A stretch of 64,000 nucleotides of DNA from a virus (IMGVR_UViG_3300010370_000025); one strand, 5' to 3'. Positions 45,803 through 57,516 are shown, numbered from the stretch's first letter. Translations and numbers: made by a program. Notes: generated from the sequence alone by a model not told the origin.

Positions 45803-48800
45803 ATGTCTACAAAACCAATAGAAAAATATATTTCACCGTTAATAGAATCACAATTTCCTTCTTTTTACAGGGATGAAGGATCAAGATTTATTACTTTCTT
45901 AAAAGCTTATTATGAGTGGATGGAAACTCAAGAAGCTTATTCTGTAGAAGTAGATTTTCCTACTATAGATTTTATAATAGGTTCAAAAATATTTAAATTA
46001 GATAACAGTTCAATTTTTGGTACTGTAACTAGTTATGCTTCTAAACCATTACCAATTGTAAAAGTATTAGGAGATATTTCTACCTTTACTAAAAATGATA
46101 GATTTTATCAAGTTATTTCTGAGAATAGTTACACTGGCGACTTAGATTTAAAAGTAAGATTATCATCTAGAGATCGTTATAAAGTAGAACTAATACCATC
46201 ATCAAATAAGTCATTTACTGATATTTTTTCTATTGGAGATTATGTTAGAGTAGCAAATCAAACAAGACTCATAACCTCAGTTACTAGTAATACACTAACT
46301 GTAAAAACTAGATTTACTATTCAACAAAAAGATTATGAATCTAATTTAATTAAATATGTTCTCTCTTCTCCTGTAAAAGTAAGAAATAACTATAAATCAC
46401 CTTTACCTCTAGCGAAAGCTAGAAATTTATTTAATATTCTTAGTATAGATGATACAATGGAAAATTTCATTGATCATTTTAGAACAAAATATTTTTATGA
46501 TTTACCTAAAGATATTTTAGCAGATAAAAGACTTGTAGCTAAGCATATTCAAGATCTTTATAAAACTAAAGGCACTAAAAGAGCTTATGAATTACTTTTT
46601 AGAATTCTCTATAACGAGGATATAGAAGTTTATGTACCAGGATCTGATTTATTAAGAGCATCAGATGGACAGTATACTATACCAAAGTATCTAGAAATAA
46701 CTAAAGTAGATGGAATAGAACAATTAATTGGTGAAACTGTAACTACTTCTTCTCGAAGCGGCTCTGCAATTATTGAAAACGTTTCAACTAAAGTTATTAG
46801 TGGTAAAGTAATTACAATTCTTGAATTATCTAATATTCAAGGTGGGTTTATTTACGGAGACTATATTCTTCATCCTGAATTTTTTCCTACTACAGAAACT
46901 GCTCCTAGAATTATAGGTTCATTAAACGCTATCGGTATTAAAAATGGTGGTGCAAACTTTAATGTTGGTGATATATTAAGAATTAATGGTCAAGGAACTG
47001 AAGGTTTAGCTCGAGTAGCTGCTATTAAAAACGAAAACGGTAAAGTGCTCTTTACGTTAGAAAACGGCGGATCAGGCTATTCGCTCAATGCTATTGTTAC
47101 GGTGGCAGGTGGTGGTGGTTCTGGTGCTACATTTAAAGTAGGTGGTATTATTGATAAAGAATTTATTCTTATTAATACTGATATTATCGATGATTATGAT
47201 ATGCTTACTTTACAGGACGGTACAGCCGGAACAAGACTTTTCTATAATTCTAACTCAGGATTCTTCTCCAACCAATCATATGCTACTAGAACATTTAATG
47301 CTAATACAGGCGTAGATTCAACTGATGATTTTATATTCTTTGCGACTAATCCATTTGTAAATAATGATTTAGTTGTATATACTACTGATACTGGTAATAC
47401 AGTTATATCTGGGTTAACAAATACTGGTTCTTATTATGTAGTGAGTGCAAACTCAACTACTATAAAGCTATCAACTACTAGAGGCGGCTCTCCTATTGAT
47501 ATTACTGCTAGTTCTACATCTGAGACCGGGCATAATATTACTAAACAAACAGAATATGTTTCAGTTACTTCTGCTAATACCATACCCTTAGATATTTCTA
47601 CTATCTCAGGTACATTTACGCTCGGTGAAAAAATAAAAAATAAAACTAGAAAAACTTTTAACGCTAGTACAGGCGTGGATGCAAATGGCAGAATAGCGAT
47701 TGCTTCTAATCCATTTGCAAACAACGATCAGGTAACTTATAGAGTTGATACATCAAATACAAGTTTAGCTGAGCTTGCTAATAATACAACATACTATGTG
47801 GTTGATGCTAATTCAACACATCTATATCTTTCAACTTCATCAGGCGGTTCTAAGATAACATTAACAGCAGGCTCTTCTGAAACTGGTCACGAATTAATAA
47901 GAACTACTCTATCTAACAATGGTATTGTGGTTTATAAAGATTTAAGTTTAATTGAAATTCAAGGTAACACCTATCCATTTCAAAGCTTCAATTATAATGC
48001 TAACTACTTTGAAATTACAGGTGAAACAATTGAAGGGGACTCATCTGGTGCTACCGCACTTATTAAGACTGTTCATCCTGCTAAAGTTTATGCAGGTAAT
48101 GCTCAAGTATTACAAGTAAACACTACATCAGATTTTATTTTAGTAGGTGATATAAATGGTATAGGTAACCAATACCTTGCAGTAACTTCAGTTCAAGTAC
48201 CTAATACTATACCGGCTACTAATAGCCCCGCAGGCGGCAATAGTTATTCCAACGGCATACAAATATCATTTAGTTCTGGTAACGCAACTGCTTTTGCATA
48301 TACTAATGCCAACGGTAAAATTACTACAATACAAATGAGAGATAACGGAAGTAATTATACTTCTACTCCTAGTGCAGTTATAGCAAACAATGATATAGTA
48401 AGTAGAGTAGTAGTTTACAACGGTGGTTCATTATACGCTAACGGTGAGACTGTAGCATTTAACGGGGGTAATGCTGATGGTACCGGAGCTATAGTTACCG
48501 ATTCTAATGGCACTATTACAAGTGTAACAATTACTACTCCTGGTACTAACTATGATAAAAAATCATTTAATGCTTCATCTGCGGTAGCAGCTAACGGTAG
48601 AATTGCTGTTACTTCAAATCAATTTGTTAATAATGATATAGTTGCTTATTTAATTGCGCCTGGTAATACAGTAATAACAGAATTGATTCATGGTAGAGAA
48701 TATTACGTTGTTGATGCTAATTCAACACATCTATATCTCTCTACTACCTCAGGCGGTTCTAAAATAACACTAACTGCTGGCTCTTCTGAAACTGGGCATT

Positions 48801-49636
48801 ATTTAACTAGAGTATCTGGTATACCAACTACAATTACAACTTCTGCTGGTATTAACGCTAACCTAAGAGCATATGCAGCTACTGGCGCTTATCTTTCTCC
48901 TACAGTTTCTAGCCTTGGTAGTGGATTTATGATTAATACCACTATTACAGGGAGTGCTACTACAACTACAGCAAACATTACATCTGTAGTTGAGAGAACT
49001 AACTGGGGATTCCCTGAAATTTCTATTAATGACTTCGATAATCTTCAACAAGTTATAGATGAAGCATTAAATATTGATGAATTAGAAGTAGGAACTATTC
49101 AATTCTTATCTGAAATTAATACAGGTTCTGGTTATTCTAGCAATCCAACAGTAACAGTAGTTGAACCTCTGGTTGCTGCTCTTGGTAGACCAGACCTAGT
49201 TAAAGGTGGTACTAAGGGTAATAACGCTATTATTACTGCACAAGCTACAAACGCTAATGGTATTGTAACCGCTGTTGAAATTATCAAATCTGGATATGGA
49301 TATATCCCAGAAGAACAAGTAACTCTAGCTAATACTGTAATTAACCCTATCTCTATTACTGGTGCAGCAGTAGTTGATGAATACGGTAAAGGTACCGGGT
49401 TCTGGACAGACACAAGAGGGCAATTATCTTCAGACAAGTATTTAACAGATAGTTATTATTATCAAGAATACTCATATGAGATTAGATCTACTAAATTGTT
49501 TGATAAATATAAAGATATAGTAAAACAATTAGTTCACCCAGCAGGTATCGCGTTGTTTGGTAAGTTTGCTCTACTTTCAGAAGTATCAGATAATGAATCC
49601 AGTTCTTCAGTTCAATCAAGTTTAACTCAAGTGTAA
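45803..49636 (+). CDS. gp7: Baseplate wedge subunit (gp7-like), enlarged
   Basis: SQFPSFY....F..FLKAYYEW, LYKTKGTKRAYELLFRILYNE, DSYYYQEYSYEI, LVHPAG. Confidence 0.88.
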   Translation: MSTKPIEKYISPLIESQFPSFYRDEGSRFITFLKAYYEWMETQEAYSVEVDFPTIDFIIGSKIFKLDNSSIFGTVTSYASKPLPIVKVLGDISTFTKNDRFYQVISENSYTGDLDLKVRLSSRDRYKVELIPSSNKSFTDIFSIGDYVRVANQTRLITSVTSNTLTVKTRFTIQQKDYESNLIKYVLSSPVKVRNNYKSPLPLAKARNLFNILSIDDTMENFIDHFRTKYFYDLPKDILADKRLVAKHIQDLYKTKGTKRAYELLFRILYNEDIEVYVPGSDLLRASDGQYTIPKYLEITKVDGIEQLIGETVTTSSRSGSAIIENVSTKVISGKVITILELSNIQGGFIYGDYILHPEFFPTTETAPRIIGSLNAIGIKNGGANFNVGDILRINGQGTEGLARVAAIKNENGKVLFTLENGGSGYSLNAIVTVAGGGGSGATFKVGGIIDKEFILINTDIIDDYDMLTLQDGTAGTRLFYNSNSGFFSNQSYATRTFNANTGVDSTDDFIFFATNPFVNNDLVVYTTDTGNTVISGLTNTGSYYVVSANSTTIKLSTTRGGSPIDITASSTSETGHNITKQTEYVSVTSANTIPLDISTISGTFTLGEKIKNKTRKTFNASTGVDANGRIAIASNPFANNDQVTYRVDTSNTSLAELANNTTYYVVDANSTHLYLSTSSGGSKITLTAGSSETGHELIRTTLSNNGIVVYKDLSLIEIQGNTYPFQSFNYNANYFEITGETIEGDSSGATALIKTVHPAKVYAGNAQVLQVNTTSDFILVGDINGIGNQYLAVTSVQVPNTIPATNSPAGGNSYSNGIQISFSSGNATAFAYTNANGKITTIQMRDNGSNYTSTPSAVIANNDIVSRVVVYNGGSLYANGETVAFNGGNADGTGAIVTDSNGTITSVTITTPGTNYDKKSFNASSAVAANGRIAVTSNQFVNNDIVAYLIAPGNTVITELIHGREYYVVDANSTHLYLSTTSGGSKITLTAGSSETGHYLTRVSGIPTTITTSAGINANLRAYAATGAYLSPTVSSLGSGFMINTTITGSATTTTANITSVVERTNWGFPEISINDFDNLQQVIDEALNIDELEVGTIQFLSEINTGSGYSSNPTVTVVEPLVAALGRPDLVKGGTKGNNAIITAQATNANGIVTAVEIIKSGYGYIPEEQVTLANTVINPISITGAAVVDEYGKGTGFWTDTRGQLSSDKYLTDSYYYQEYSYEIRSTKLFDKYKDIVKQLVHPAGIALFGKFALLSEVSDNESSSSVQSSLTQV

Positions 49637-49638
49637 TA

Positions 49639-52600
49639 ATGACTACAGTAACAACAATTAAACATAATATTGATACAACAAATAATTTTATAACTCACTC
49701 TATTTCTGAGTTAATATCGTCTTTTGTTTTTGTTTCTAGACATATTCCTTGGGATGATGATAACTCACCTCCTCAAGCATCTTCTTCTTTTAATGAGTTA
49801 GAGCTTGAACTGTACAAGCATCTTATTTACGGTAAAAGAATAAGACCGCAAGATATTGCATTTGGCATTGAAAAAATCCTGTGGGTTTCTGGTACAATTT
49901 ACGAACAATACGATCAAAACGACGGTGATTTATTTACTAAAAGTTTTTATGCTATAAATTCATCAAATGATGTATATAAATGTATCTATAATAATAAAGG
50001 TAGTTATTCTATCTACGAGCCTACATTAAAAGATTTAGATATTTTTGAAACTCCGGATGGTTATAAGTGGAAGTATATGTTTACTATAACATCTTCTAAT
50101 ATAACTAAATTTGCTACTCAAAATTATGTGCCGGTTACTGCTAACGCTACTATTACTTCAGCTGCTACGCCAGGTTCAATAGATGCTATTGAAATTTCTA
50201 GTTCAGGTTCAAATTATAGAACTTATATAGAAGGGTTTATTACTTCTGTTGCTAACAGCACTCTAGTAATTTTACCTCCTACAGCTAGCTCTAATTCTAA
50301 TTTTTATGTAGGTTCTTCTATCTATTTTACTACTGGGTTAGGTTCTGGACAAAAGAGAACTATAGTAGCATATGATGGCGATACAAAAGCAGCAGCATTA
50401 GATGAGCCGCTCACCTTTTACGTTAATATCGGGCTATCAAACGTATCATCTAACACCACTTCATTCCAGCTTGGGCAATCAGCTAAGCAAACTACGGATA
50501 CCGTAATTTATACTGCTAAAAACGGATACTTTCAAACAGGTGATAGTATAATTCAGAGTGATACACTAGCTACTTCTGAAATTATGTCTGCTAACGCTTC
50601 AGTTATTAGAGCAAGACCTACAAGCACTACAGAAATTAGTGCGAATTATCCTATTACGAAGATAAGTGATTCAGGTACTATTAAAACTGGCACTGTATCT
50701 GTTACTACTGGACAGTCAAATGTTACTGGTGTAGGTACATCATTTAACACAGAATATGCTTTAGGTGATTACATAAAAATAGGCACTGTATCGGGCACAA
50801 ATATACGAAGAATTACAAGTATTACAAACTCAACGTTGCTAACAGTGTCAACTTCTTGGGGTGCTACATTAGCTGGTAATACTCATTATATAATGGGTAA
50901 TGCATTAACTCCTACTTCTATTTCTAGAAAAAATGCTAACGGTTCTATCGTTTATTCCAATCTTACCGGTGTAAGATTAGATTTTGATCAAGCATCTACT
51001 TCAGGTGTGTTTAAGCTTGGTGAGAAGATAACTCAAGTTGACGCTAATAATAGCGCACAAGGTGCTAACGGTATTGTATCATTTGCTAATAATACTACCC
51101 TAATAGTTTCTTCTGTAGGCGGGTCATGGGCCGCTAATACTACTACATCTTCTAGTTTTAACGCCTCATCTAACGTTGCAGCTAACGGTAGAATTAGCAT
51201 ATCTTCTAACCCTTTCGTTAATAATGATATAGTAAACTATTCTACCTCAGTTGGTAATACTGTTATCACTGGTCTTGCAAATAATACTAATTATTATGTT
51301 GTGCAGTCAAATAGTACTGGATTATATCTTTCAACCGTTTCAAATGGATCAGTTATTACTTTAACTGCTGGGTCAAGTGAGTCTGGTCATACATTAACAA
51401 GAACTAATCAGCTTTATATACTAGGTGCTAGTTCTAACACTAGAGCAACCACACAGACAGTTACTAGCAATCCTAATATTACAATTCAAGCAAATACAAA
51501 TGAATTTTTCGTAGGCTTTACTGTAAATTCATTTAGCGGCTCAACATCTACAGGTAACGGTACAATAACATATCTTTCAACAATACCATCTTCTGAATCT
51601 CAATTTATTGTTAGCCCTACTATAACTATTACCGGTGATGGTAACGGTGCAGTAGCTTACTTAACTGTAAATGCTACTTCTAATACTATTAGTGATGCAA
51701 TTATTATTAATAAAGGTAATAATTATACTTTCGCTAACATATCTATTACTGCTAACAGTTTGTATGGTACAGGAGCAGAAGCCAATGCGCTTATTGGACC
51801 TATTAAAGGTCATGGCTCAGATCCAGTTACAGAATTAGGTGCAAAGCATGCAATTATAAGTGTAGAGTTTTCAAACACTACATCAGAAAGTTATGACTTC
51901 CCTACCGTAGGCTCTTATAGAACTATCGGTGTAATTAAAGAACCTCTTTATAAAGAATTTTATCTAACATTAAGCGGCAATTCAAGCTCGTTAAATTCTA
52001 TCTATGAAAGACAAAAATTTACTCTTCAAAATACTACTAACCCGTTTACTGTAGGTGAAATTGTTTTTCAGGATAGTTCCAATTCAGCAGGTATTGTAAC
52101 ATTTAGTAATTCTACATTGCTCGAACTAAAAGATATTTCCGGTACATTTGTTGCTAACCAAGCAGGGGATAATATATTAGGTTTAGCATCCGGGTATACT
52201 TCTAATGTTAAATCACAAAACGTAATTAACTTTACTATAGCAAGCAACTCTACTCAAATTATTCAAGATACAACTGGTGCTTCCGCAATTCTTTATCAGA
52301 TTACTTCTAATAACACAATTAGAGTTACTAATGCAACCGGTACCTTTGCAAACACATATGCTATAAGATATTCAAATACTTCAGCCGCTAATGCTGCTGC
52401 TGAGATACAATATATTAAAATTAATAATAATAGTAAAGATATAACTGCAAATGTAGGGTTAAAGTTTATTAACACTGGTAGATTATCATTATTTACTAAT
52501 ACTCTACCATATGCTGAACATGAAACAGTCACACAAGCAGTTAGCGATGCTTCAGGTATGGTATTATCAGAAGAAAATGATATAGATCTATCAATAAATA

Positions 52601-52998
52601 GTCCTACAGATGATTATGTAGTAGGAGATGTTGTAATTGATACAGTATCAAATGCTAATGGTATAGTAATTTTTGCTAATACAACTTATCTTAAATTGTC
52701 TTCTGTACAAGGAACTTTTGGACTAAATAATATAACGTGTGTAAGAAATGCTAACGCTGTGGTGGATGCAATTTATCCAGTGCTAGTTCTTTCTGATGTT
52801 AGAGGTACATTCCAGCAAGGTGATTATGCAATTATCGGTGATACTTCAGGTGCGGTTGGATATAACTCTCTAGCAAATACATTCACACCACCTGATTTAG
52901 TAAGAAACTCTGGATCTGTACTATTTCTTGAAAACTTAGAACCGTTTACAAGAACACCGACATCTAAAGAGACATTCAAGCTAGTTATAAAATTCTAA
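49639..52998 (+). CDS. gp8: Baseplate wedge subunit (gp8-like), enlarged
   Basis: VYKCIYNN, DGYKWKYMFTI, GHGSDPVTELGA, SGSVLFLEN..P..R. Confidence 0.88.
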   Translation: MTTVTTIKHNIDTTNNFITHSISELISSFVFVSRHIPWDDDNSPPQASSSFNELELELYKHLIYGKRIRPQDIAFGIEKILWVSGTIYEQYDQNDGDLFTKSFYAINSSNDVYKCIYNNKGSYSIYEPTLKDLDIFETPDGYKWKYMFTITSSNITKFATQNYVPVTANATITSAATPGSIDAIEISSSGSNYRTYIEGFITSVANSTLVILPPTASSNSNFYVGSSIYFTTGLGSGQKRTIVAYDGDTKAAALDEPLTFYVNIGLSNVSSNTTSFQLGQSAKQTTDTVIYTAKNGYFQTGDSIIQSDTLATSEIMSANASVIRARPTSTTEISANYPITKISDSGTIKTGTVSVTTGQSNVTGVGTSFNTEYALGDYIKIGTVSGTNIRRITSITNSTLLTVSTSWGATLAGNTHYIMGNALTPTSISRKNANGSIVYSNLTGVRLDFDQASTSGVFKLGEKITQVDANNSAQGANGIVSFANNTTLIVSSVGGSWAANTTTSSSFNASSNVAANGRISISSNPFVNNDIVNYSTSVGNTVITGLANNTNYYVVQSNSTGLYLSTVSNGSVITLTAGSSESGHTLTRTNQLYILGASSNTRATTQTVTSNPNITIQANTNEFFVGFTVNSFSGSTSTGNGTITYLSTIPSSESQFIVSPTITITGDGNGAVAYLTVNATSNTISDAIIINKGNNYTFANISITANSLYGTGAEANALIGPIKGHGSDPVTELGAKHAIISVEFSNTTSESYDFPTVGSYRTIGVIKEPLYKEFYLTLSGNSSSLNSIYERQKFTLQNTTNPFTVGEIVFQDSSNSAGIVTFSNSTLLELKDISGTFVANQAGDNILGLASGYTSNVKSQNVINFTIASNSTQIIQDTTGASAILYQITSNNTIRVTNATGTFANTYAIRYSNTSAANAAAEIQYIKINNNSKDITANVGLKFINTGRLSLFTNTLPYAEHETVTQAVSDASGMVLSEENDIDLSINSPTDDYVVGDVVIDTVSNANGIVIFANTTYLKLSSVQGTFGLNNITCVRNANAVVDAIYPVLVLSDVRGTFQQGDYAIIGDTSGAVGYNSLANTFTPPDLVRNSGSVLFLENLEPFTRTPTSKETFKLVIKF

Positions 52999-53010
52999 TA
53001 GAGGAATCTG

Positions 53011-56000
53011 ATGTCTAATTTAACTACAAATTTTAACATATCACCATATTTTGATGACTATGATAATACAAAGAATTTTCATAGAATATTATTTAGACCA
53101 TCTGTTCCTGTTCAGGCTAGAGAGTTAACTCAGCTTCAAACTATTTTACAAGAACAAATTCGTAGATTTGGTGATCATATTTTTAAAGATGGATCTGTAG
53201 TAGCAGGCTGTGCTTTTACGTTTGATCCTAACTATACATTTGTTCGTCTTAAAGATACATACGCTAATAATTCTGCATATACTATTAGTGATTTTCAAGA
53301 TCTTTATATTGAAAATGCTAACGGTCTAAAAGCTAGAATTATTAATACAGTAGAAGGACTTGAATCTGCTTATCCAGATACTCCTACTATCTATGTTAAG
53401 TATGAAAACACTAGCGACACTAATGAAAAAGTTTTCCAAGCTAGCCAAGAGTTAAGAGTATTTACATCTGCTAACGTGTCTGTAGGTAACGTAACAGTTA
53501 TGTCTACAAACGCTACTGTAACTGCAGTTACAGGTACAGGTTATGGGTTCTCAACTACAGATGGTGTTATCTATCAAAAAGGTAATTTTATTAGAGTTGA
53601 GCCTCAAGTTATTATTGTATCTAAGTATACCAATACACCAGATGACCTTTCGATTGGTTTCGTTACTGATGAAAATATTGTTACGCCAGAAATTGACTCA
53701 AGCTTGCTAGACAATGCTTCTGGAGCACCTAATTATGCTGCGCCAGGCGCGCATAGACTTAAATTAGTATCTACTCTTGATGTAAGAACTACTTCTAATA
53801 TAGCAACCTCAGATGCATTCTTTTCACTTGCTGATTTTAAAGGTGGCTTACCAGTTTCTATTAAATTTGATGCACAATATGCAGCACTCAGTCGTGAATT
53901 TGCTAGAAGAACTTATGAAGAAAGCGGCAACTATGTTGTTACTCCTTTCTTACTTTCTGCTGAAAGCATTCCTAGCAACACAACACATTTTAGCGTTGGT
54001 ATTTCTAAAGGCGTAGGTTATATTGAAGGTTATCGTGTTGAGGTAATTAATAAATTTTTAACACCTACTAGAAAAGCAACGGATAAAAAAACAGTAACTA
54101 ATAATATTACTTCTGCTAATTTTGGTAGTTATTTAAACATTAAAGAATATGCAGGCGATTTCAATACTGAAAATCTAATTCAAATTGAACTTCATAACAC
54201 TGCTTATACTGCATTAACAAGCAGAACATTCTTAGGCACTTCTACCAGTACAGGTAATAGAATTGGTTATGCATATGCCAAAGCAATTAAATATGGCTCT
54301 GGTACACCTGGTACTCCATCTGCTATTTACCAACTCTACTTATTTAATATTGATATGGATGATGGATATGATTTTGCAGATATTCGCAGCATTCGTTATT
54401 ATAGTGGAAGTTTACTAGCAGTAGCTGACGTAGTCCTTGAAAACGGATTAGCAGTTTTACAAGAACCTGCAGGTGGTGGTTTAATATACCCGCTTGGACA
54501 GAGAGCAGTTTCTATTAACGATTTTACAGAAACTCAATATGAGTATACTAATAGAATTTCATTCCAGTTTGGAGTAGGTGGTGCTAACTCAGGTATTACT
54601 TTACCAGCGGTTGTAGGTACAGGTACTGAGAATTTTGCTTATTCAGGAAACCTTTCAGATGCTTCTGACGAAGACTTTATTATCATTACTACCGCATCTG
54701 CTAACTCAACAGCTAAAACCGGTACTGCTAATACTAATAATAACACTACTATTACTGGTGCATCAACTACTTATACAACAGATTATAAGATAGGCGATTA
54801 TATTTACGTAAACACTGATCTTAGAAGAATTACTAATATTGCTAATAATACTTTAATGACAGTTGATTCAGCAATATCAGGATCTTCTACCGGGTTAACT
54901 CATAGAAAACATTTCCCTAATGGCTACTTAGTACCTATTGCAACTAGAACAGATAGAACAATTTCTATTGCAGGCACTACTGCTACTATTAATTTAGGTG
55001 AATCATTAGCTACTTCACTAGGTGCTGTTCTTTATCATAGAATAGTAAGATCAGATACTGTTCCTATTAAAAAAGAAATAAAGAAAAATACTATAGTAAA
55101 AATTAACTGTTCAACTCACCCGGCTAGAAATATCGGACCTTGGACTTTAGGTCTACCTGACGTATTAAAAGTTAATGCTATTTACATAGGTTCTGATGGT
55201 ACGTATAGTACATCAGGTACTGATTATTCAAGTAAATTTGATATTGATCTTGGTCAGCAAGAATCTCATTATGGTTTAGCGTCAATTAGTCTAACAGCAG
55301 GGCTCTCACTTAAACCAAACGATACCATTTTAGTAAGTTTAGACTGCTTTACTCAAGATGCATCACAGGGTGTCGGTTTCTTTAATGCTAACTCTTACCC
55401 GGTAGATGATGCAAATACTGCTAATACTACCGCTATAGTTACTGCGCAAATACCGTCAATTGTATTTGATGATTTCTCATATAATTTAAGAGACTGTGTT
55501 GACTTTAGACCGTATGCTTCAAACACAGCATTACCTGCAGCTAATTCTTCTACTGCAACTGTAAACCCATCTAATACAGTAAGCTTCTCAGTATCTGGTG
55601 CAGGTAGCTATATGCCTGCCCCGGATTCACAATATAAAACTGATTTAAAGTTCTATATGTCTAGAGTTGATAAAGTATTAATTTCTACAGTAGGTGAAGT
55701 ATTCATTAACGAAGGTAAACCAGCTCTTAATCCAGTTGAACCAAAAGATCTACCAGGATCAATGGCATTAGGTACAATTGTAATTCCACCTTATCCTTCA
55801 ATATCACCTGCTGAAAATCTTACATATAAGCTTCCAGAGTATACTATTAGTACTAAGCTTACTCAACAGCGTAGATACACAATGCGCGATATTGGTGGTA
55901 TAGATGATAGACTTAAAAATGTAGAATACCTAACAAGCTTAAATCTTTTAGAAAAGAAAACTACTGATCTTCAAGTTAAAAACGATCAGGGCTTAGACAG

Positions 56001-57516
56001 GTTTAAGAGTGGATTCTTAGTAGATCCATTTGCTGGACATGATATCGGTGCTACTACTGATAAGCAATATTTTATTTCTATTGATCGCTCTGCTACTGAA
56101 ATGAGACCTGCTATTAGTAGACTTTCTATGAATTTAGACGGAGCATACTATAATAATGCAAACATTTATGGTAAAGTTGCTGCATTAGATTATACTGAAG
56201 TTTCATATGTAAACCAAAGATTAGCATCAAAGCTTAGAAATTGTATTGAAGGTAATCTTTATGAGCATATTGGACAGCTTAAATTAACTCCAGATACCGA
56301 TACTACACCTGATTTTACTAGAGCACCTGATGTTAAGAGTAACTTAGATCTTTATTCTAATTTTGCTGAAATGGCTGATCTATCATTCTTTACTGAATGG
56401 GGTGATTGGACTAACGTTGGTAAAGCTGTAGTTACTAAAACAGATGAAAAGACAGTTAGAGCAACTAGAAATGGTAGAAGAGGTGATCTTACTACTTGGA
56501 ATGAAGTAACAAAACAAGAGCAGCAAAGACGCGGTGAGAATCTTAATACTAGAAGAGATTCTGAAACTGTTAATATTGGCGAATTTGTTACTGATATTAG
56601 TGTACAAACATATATTCAACCTAAAGTTATAAGATTTAGTGCTACAGGTATGAAGCCTAATACTAGAATATATGCGTATTTTAATAACATTCCAGTTAAC
56701 GCCTCTTGCCAGCCTTTAGCGGGGTATAGCAGATCCGGAGGTGTTGTAACTTCTACTATAGGAGGTTACGGTGACCCGCTTTATACTAATGCTAGTGGCA
56801 AACTCGAAGGTAACTTTAGCATTCAAGGCAACACATTTAAATCAGATGAGATTAAATTAAGACTGTTAGATATTGATGATTTAGTAACCGGTGCAGATGT
56901 TATTACTACATCAGCAGAAGCTACTTATTTTGGTAATAAATTATCATACCATACTGCACGTGCAAAAATGCAAGTTCAAATTCCTGAATTTTTTGTATCT
57001 ACTGTAAAAGACTCTAACACTGTTGTTACTACTGTTCCTAAAGAAATTTGGGATCCAGATCCTCCACCTCCACCACCTCCACCTCCTCCTTCAACTGGTG
57101 GTGGGAATACCGGTGGTGGTACCGGGTATGATAGCTCAGGTGAAATGACTTCTACAGGTAGTAGTACAGGTGGTAGCTGTAAAATAGTATGTACTGCTAT
57201 GAATGAAGCATATGGTTTTGGTTCATATAGAAATGCAGTGTGGTTAAAATACTCAGCAGATCATATGACTAAATATCATGAAGCTGGTTATCATGCTATA
57301 TTTTTACCATTAGTTGATAAAGCATATAAGCGCGGCGATAAGAACATACTTTGGTTAAGAAAAGTATTAGAACATATTGCACGTCATAGAACTTCTGATA
57401 TTAGACAAGAGTTACGTAAAGGTAAGCGAGATAATATTGGTAGATCATACAGAATGGTATTAGAGCCAATTTGCTATGCTGTAGGCTGGATTAAGTGTAA
57501 TTTATTTAATAAATAA
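53011..57516 (+). CDS. Large tail/baseplate protein (DUF4815/VrlC-like), first part, ending in a small helical domain
   Basis: NISPYFDDY, RILFRP...QARELTQLQTILQ.Q, FARRTYEESGNYVV, RFKSGFLVDPF; C-terminal GGSCKIVCT domain. Confidence 0.85.
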   Translation: MSNLTTNFNISPYFDDYDNTKNFHRILFRPSVPVQARELTQLQTILQEQIRRFGDHIFKDGSVVAGCAFTFDPNYTFVRLKDTYANNSAYTISDFQDLYIENANGLKARIINTVEGLESAYPDTPTIYVKYENTSDTNEKVFQASQELRVFTSANVSVGNVTVMSTNATVTAVTGTGYGFSTTDGVIYQKGNFIRVEPQVIIVSKYTNTPDDLSIGFVTDENIVTPEIDSSLLDNASGAPNYAAPGAHRLKLVSTLDVRTTSNIATSDAFFSLADFKGGLPVSIKFDAQYAALSREFARRTYEESGNYVVTPFLLSAESIPSNTTHFSVGISKGVGYIEGYRVEVINKFLTPTRKATDKKTVTNNITSANFGSYLNIKEYAGDFNTENLIQIELHNTAYTALTSRTFLGTSTSTGNRIGYAYAKAIKYGSGTPGTPSAIYQLYLFNIDMDDGYDFADIRSIRYYSGSLLAVADVVLENGLAVLQEPAGGGLIYPLGQRAVSINDFTETQYEYTNRISFQFGVGGANSGITLPAVVGTGTENFAYSGNLSDASDEDFIIITTASANSTAKTGTANTNNNTTITGASTTYTTDYKIGDYIYVNTDLRRITNIANNTLMTVDSAISGSSTGLTHRKHFPNGYLVPIATRTDRTISIAGTTATINLGESLATSLGAVLYHRIVRSDTVPIKKEIKKNTIVKINCSTHPARNIGPWTLGLPDVLKVNAIYIGSDGTYSTSGTDYSSKFDIDLGQQESHYGLASISLTAGLSLKPNDTILVSLDCFTQDASQGVGFFNANSYPVDDANTANTTAIVTAQIPSIVFDDFSYNLRDCVDFRPYASNTALPAANSSTATVNPSNTVSFSVSGAGSYMPAPDSQYKTDLKFYMSRVDKVLISTVGEVFINEGKPALNPVEPKDLPGSMALGTIVIPPYPSISPAENLTYKLPEYTISTKLTQQRRYTMRDIGGIDDRLKNVEYLTSLNLLEKKTTDLQVKNDQGLDRFKSGFLVDPFAGHDIGATTDKQYFISIDRSATEMRPAISRLSMNLDGAYYNNANIYGKVAALDYTEVSYVNQRLASKLRNCIEGNLYEHIGQLKLTPDTDTTPDFTRAPDVKSNLDLYSNFAEMADLSFFTEWGDWTNVGKAVVTKTDEKTVRATRNGRRGDLTTWNEVTKQEQQRRGENLNTRRDSETVNIGEFVTDISVQTYIQPKVIRFSATGMKPNTRIYAYFNNIPVNASCQPLAGYSRSGGVVTSTIGGYGDPLYTNASGKLEGNFSIQGNTFKSDEIKLRLLDIDDLVTGADVITTSAEATYFGNKLSYHTARAKMQVQIPEFFVSTVKDSNTVVTTVPKEIWDPDPPPPPPPPPPSTGGGNTGGGTGYDSSGEMTSTGSSTGGSCKIVCTAMNEAYGFGSYRNAVWLKYSADHMTKYHEAGYHAIFLPLVDKAYKRGDKNILWLRKVLEHIARHRTSDIRQELRKGKRDNIGRSYRMVLEPICYAVGWIKCNLFNK

